From NCBI GenBank assembly GCA_951406725.2, contig OX597835.1, positions 22,134,001-22,198,000 of the forward strand: a stretch of DNA of 64,000 bases. The letters are read 5' to 3'. The notes below the pieces were generated by a model, which ran no database searches, was not told the DNA's origin, and saw nothing but the letters and a program-made list of their open reading frames with translations. The position numbers and the translations under genes are program-made. Positions 61,235 through 64,000 of this stretch are shown piece after piece. The stretch comes from Octopus vulgaris (taxonomy: Eukaryota). The stretch's first letter is position 1. Every line of letters begins with the position of its first letter.

Positions 61235-63167
61235 TTAAACAATGATGATGATGATTGTAGGGTAGGTGTGAGAGGCTGGATCCAGTCAGTTTGCATGTTT
61301 ATTCACATAAAACATGTAAAATATTTTGAGCCAGATATGGTTAGTGTAAGTGCTAAAGGGTCAAGTTATTTGTCAGACCATTCTGCCAAATGTATTGCTT
61401 ATTGATTCCTGCTGTTTTGAATTCATCAGGCATTATCTCATAGCTTTAAAAATTTTGATGAAGCTATAGTGATTGTATATTTTTAGAACGATAGGCGGTG
61501 GGCTGGCAGAAACGTTAGCATGCCGGGCAAGATGCGTAGCCGTATTTCGTCTGTCGTTACGTTCTGAAGTTCAAATTCCGCCGAGGTCGACTTTGCCTTT
61601 CATCCTTTCGGGGTCGATAAATTAAGTACCAGTTACGCACTGGGGTCGATATAATTGACTTAATCCGTTTGCCTGTCCTTGTTTGTCCACTCTGTGTTTA
61701 ACCCCTTGTGGGCAGTAAAGAAATATTATATTTTTAGAATGATATTTTGACAGTTTGGACATAAAAAGGTACAATATTTGAGATGGGTTTGACCAGTTTA
61801 AATGTTCAAGTGTCAAAGTTCTGTATATCATTGATATTCTGAATATTGTAGAAATGAGAGAAATAAGAAGAAATAATAAATAGAATCCAAGAACCAAGTT
61901 TAATTTGACCTATTAAAATACAGATATTTTAAGTACATTAAAATAAGATACAGTACTGTAGTTCGAGAAGCAACAATCTGTTTTTGATACAGAAACTGTT
62001 TCTGCTAATAACAACACAAATTGGCTCAAATTCTCTTGTCTCTAATTAACAATTAATTTCCTTTTTTTTTTTTTTTTTTTCCTGGGTGCCAACTTGAGAA
62101 CCCTGGTTATTTGAGTGCCAGATAAGAGGGAGTTTACTGTAGTAGGGATTTCTTTGATTTTAACATCAACCATAGTCTTTACCCAAAATAAACCCCGAAC
62201 CAACCCATGGGTCTTTTTATGTGTTTTTTTTTTCTACATCATCATCACCATCAACATTTAACATCCATTAAATGTTGATGATGTATTTAAAATTTAAGTG
62301 TAATATGGTTAAAACTCCAGTCAGTATTAATTTCTGAATCTGGATAATTTAGGGCACAAAGCGTTACAGATGATGGGGTCACAAGATGAATCACAGTCAG
62401 TGTAGTTCTATGAATGAGGAAAAATACGTTACCCTCCACACATTTAGAGGCAGAACATTCGGCAGCTGTTTTTTATTTATTTTTATTTTATAAAATTTTT
62501 TTTTTTTTTTAGATTATTTAACTTTTTTTTCACCCTTGTCCTCTATATTGTTTGGAATCTTATATTTTCTTCTTTATATTTTGGTCAGTTTTTGAAAAAG
62601 TGTAACAAGAATCCCACACATCCAAAAATGAATATGTGCATGAGTGTGTGTATATGTATGTCTCTGTGTGTGTGTGTATGTGTGTATATATATATATACG
62701 TATGTGTATGCTGGTGGATATATCATTTACAAATCTGATCCATTCTTTGAACTGAACTTTGTTTTTAAAAAAATGGAGGGAAGGTACTGGTAGAGGTTCT
62801 TTTCTGTTTGTGTTTCTCTCTCTCTCTCTCTCTTAGATGTCTCTGCCACTTGGTACCAATTCCACCCTAAAATCACACTCAACAGACATGGATTCATCTT
62901 GCCATTCTTGTTTTCAAAAGATTGTTCTTGTTATTTAATTACATTTTTCCTTTCCATTTTCATCCCCTTTCCTCCACTCCACCCTCACATTTTCCCCCCT
63001 CTCACTTCCCTTCCACACACAATTTTACCTCTGCCCACATCCAGCCCAGCACCTAAGACGAACCCCCCTCCACACCCGCCCCAAATATTCATACATTATT
63101 TATTCACTATCTGTGAGTTCTTTTATAAAGAAATTTCTAATATTGTTGTTGTTATTATTATTATGAA

Positions 63168-64000
63168 GGTGGTGAGCTGGCAGAATCGTTAGCACACCGG
63201 GCGAAATGTATAGCGCTATTTCATCTGTCCTTATGTTCTGAGTTCAAATTTCACCGAGGTCAACTTTGCCTTTCATCTTTTTGGGGTCAATAAATTAAAT
63301 ACCTATTGTGTACTGGAGTCGATCTAATCGACTGGTCCCTTCCCGCAAAATTCCAGACCTTGTGCCTATAATAGAAAGGATTATTATTATTATTACTATT
63401 ATTATGGCAGCGGGCTGGCAGAATTGTTAGCACATTGGACAAAATGCTTAGCGGCATTTCATCCGCCTTTACATTCTGAGTTCAAGTTCCGCTGAGGTCT
63501 ACTTTACCTTTCATCCTTTCAGGGTTGATAAAAATAAATACCAGTCATGCACTGGGGTCAGTGTAAATTACTTTCCCCCAAAATTTCAGGACTTGTGCCT
63601 GTAGTAGAAAGGATTATTATTATTATTATTATTACTATTATGGCAGTGGTGAGCTGGCAGAATCGTTAGCACACCAGGCGAAATGCTTAGCAGTATTTCG
63701 TCTGTGGCTATGTTCTGAGTTCAAATTCTGCCAAGGTCGACTTGGCCTTTCATCCTTTTGGAATTGATAAATTAAGTACCAGTCAAGTACTGGGGTCAAT
63801 GTGATTGACTTACCCCTCCCTACAAATTTCAGGCCTTGTGCCTATAATAGAAAGTATCATTATTATTATTATTCTACTTAAGGCAAGCTGGCAGAGTTGT
63901 TAGTACACCGGGCAGAATGCTTGGTGGCATTTCATCTGTCTTTACTTTCTGAGTTCAAATTCTGCTAAGGTTGACTTCACCTTTCATCCTTTCAGGATGA
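63168..64000 (+). repeat. Cluster of four family-B SINEs in (ATT)n tracts
   Basis: Heads at ~63168, 63405, 63648 and 63882; runs off the window end. Confidence 0.85.

Overview
Repeat-dense eukaryotic genomic DNA, most likely an octopus (inferred from the tRNA-headed SINE families, the RTE LINE with a (GAT)n tail and the very large microsatellite load). There is one clearly recognisable host gene: a 9-exon delta-aminolevulinic acid dehydratase (ALAD / porphobilinogen synthase) on the + strand, ATG 17023 to TGA 59335, about 336 aa if repaired, with a 27.9-kb first intron. As written, coding exon 8 is broken by a 49-bp patch copied from 1.64 kb downstream. Several similar copied patches occur between 53.9 and 59.9 kb, so this is either an assembly/polishing artefact or a templated rearrangement. 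A probable exon of a divergently transcribed gene lies at 10744-10883 (-). The rest is mobile DNA: a young 5'-truncated RTE LINE with a PHD-type finger inside its RT; decayed R4/Dong, CR1-like, two Penelope-like (PLE) and Tigger elements; piggyBac-, hAT- and Tc1/mariner-type MITEs; and three abundant SINE families. The most intriguing signals are three families of minimal hammerhead-ribozyme motifs, including a short TSD-flanked element that joins a tRNA-like head to a hammerhead, and a Meta-domain-like SINE that builds head-to-tail ~184-bp arrays at its own GGTATTT site. Most entries in the supplied ORF track are microsatellite or SINE noise. All calls were made by eye; no database searches were run.
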